A program made the translations under genes and the position numbers. Shown here piece by piece: positions 17,334-17,845 of a stretch of DNA of 17,845 nt. The notes beneath the pieces are model-generated. The model had not been told where the DNA came from, searched no databases, and saw nothing but the letters and a program-made list of their open reading frames with translations. Position 1 is the stretch's first letter, and each line of letters starts with the position of its first letter. Origin of the DNA: an uncultured Nitrososphaeraceae archaeon (GTDB lineage Archaea > Thermoproteota > Nitrososphaeria > Nitrososphaerales > Nitrososphaeraceae); NCBI GenBank assembly GCA_963765895.1, contig CAVXZB010000065.1, forward strand, positions 1-17,845, read 5' to 3'.

Positions 17334-17845
17334 ATGGCATTAAGTTTTCTAAACCTCTAAAAGAAGGCATCATAAAGGAGTGGCTAAGAGGCAAAAATCG
17401 TGACACTATAGCTCATGAGAACGGTCTAAGTACGGGAACAGTCAGTAATGTAGTAAAGGAATAGAAAGAAGAAATAGGAAGTTTATCAGCAGACCAGTTA
17501 AGAGAATTTGCAGTTACTTTACGAAGTGTTGGTATTTCACCCTTGCAATGTGGACAAGGTTTTCGAATACTAAACATTTTATGTGATCTAGGATTTTCTG
17601 AAGATAACATAGAAATGTTTGCACTAGACGTATACAAGATGTGTAAAAATATCGGTTTACAGCCTGACAAAATTGCACTGCACATTAAAGAATTAATAGA
17701 CCTAACAGAAAAAGTACCTTTAGACCAGCTTTCAGGCCATATAGAAAGGAACAAAATAATGCTGGAAGAATCAGAAGAAGAGCTTAGAAATGCTAAAGTG
17801 CAATTAAAAGATACACGTGCTGAACTTGATAATGCCTTTTCAAAA
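17334..17845 (+). pseudogene. HTH plus coiled-coil protein gene of a family expanded in Nitrososphaeraceae; disrupted and running off the window
   Basis: IIKEWLRGKNRDTIAHENGLSTGTVSNVVKE*KEEIGSLSADQLREFAVTLRSVGISPLQCGQGFRI…; TAG at 17462-17464 where Trp would be expected; ATG 17334 is out of frame by one base. Confidence 0.75.

Noticed and set aside
15405-17754. ORFs 15405..15653, 16015..16206, 16904..17122 and 17413..17754
   Set aside because: The first and last are antisense to better-supported frames; the middle two have no motif or supporting context.

Overview
AT-rich archaeal DNA. The gene families (PEFG-CTERM-type beta domain, stand-alone MEDS and receiver domains, tiny C2H2 finger, HTH/coiled-coil family) point to a soil ammonia-oxidising archaeon of the Nitrososphaeraceae; this is inference, with no database search run. 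The window is an accessory island. Six genes are built from three shuffled modules: a PRC-barrel-like (DUF2171-type) domain in four copies, a YsnF/AvaK (DUF2382) domain in three copies and an unnamed helical domain in two copies. Between them lie a hydrophilin-like gene, two secreted proteins, two stand-alone receivers, two MEDS paralogues, a 35-aa C2H2 zinc finger missed by the ORF track and an RHH-like gene. Many other genes carry frameshifts or nonsense codons (receiver, MEDS, DUF1622, dual-specificity phosphatase, HTH coiled-coil and others); some single-base indels in homopolymers may be sequencing errors. A small ATGA-coupled virus-like gene pair lies at 15.5-15.9 kb. No rRNA, tRNA, CRISPR array or transposase was recognised. 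Best candidate for an undescribed system: an archaeal stress/dormancy locus of modular PRC-barrel/YsnF proteins.
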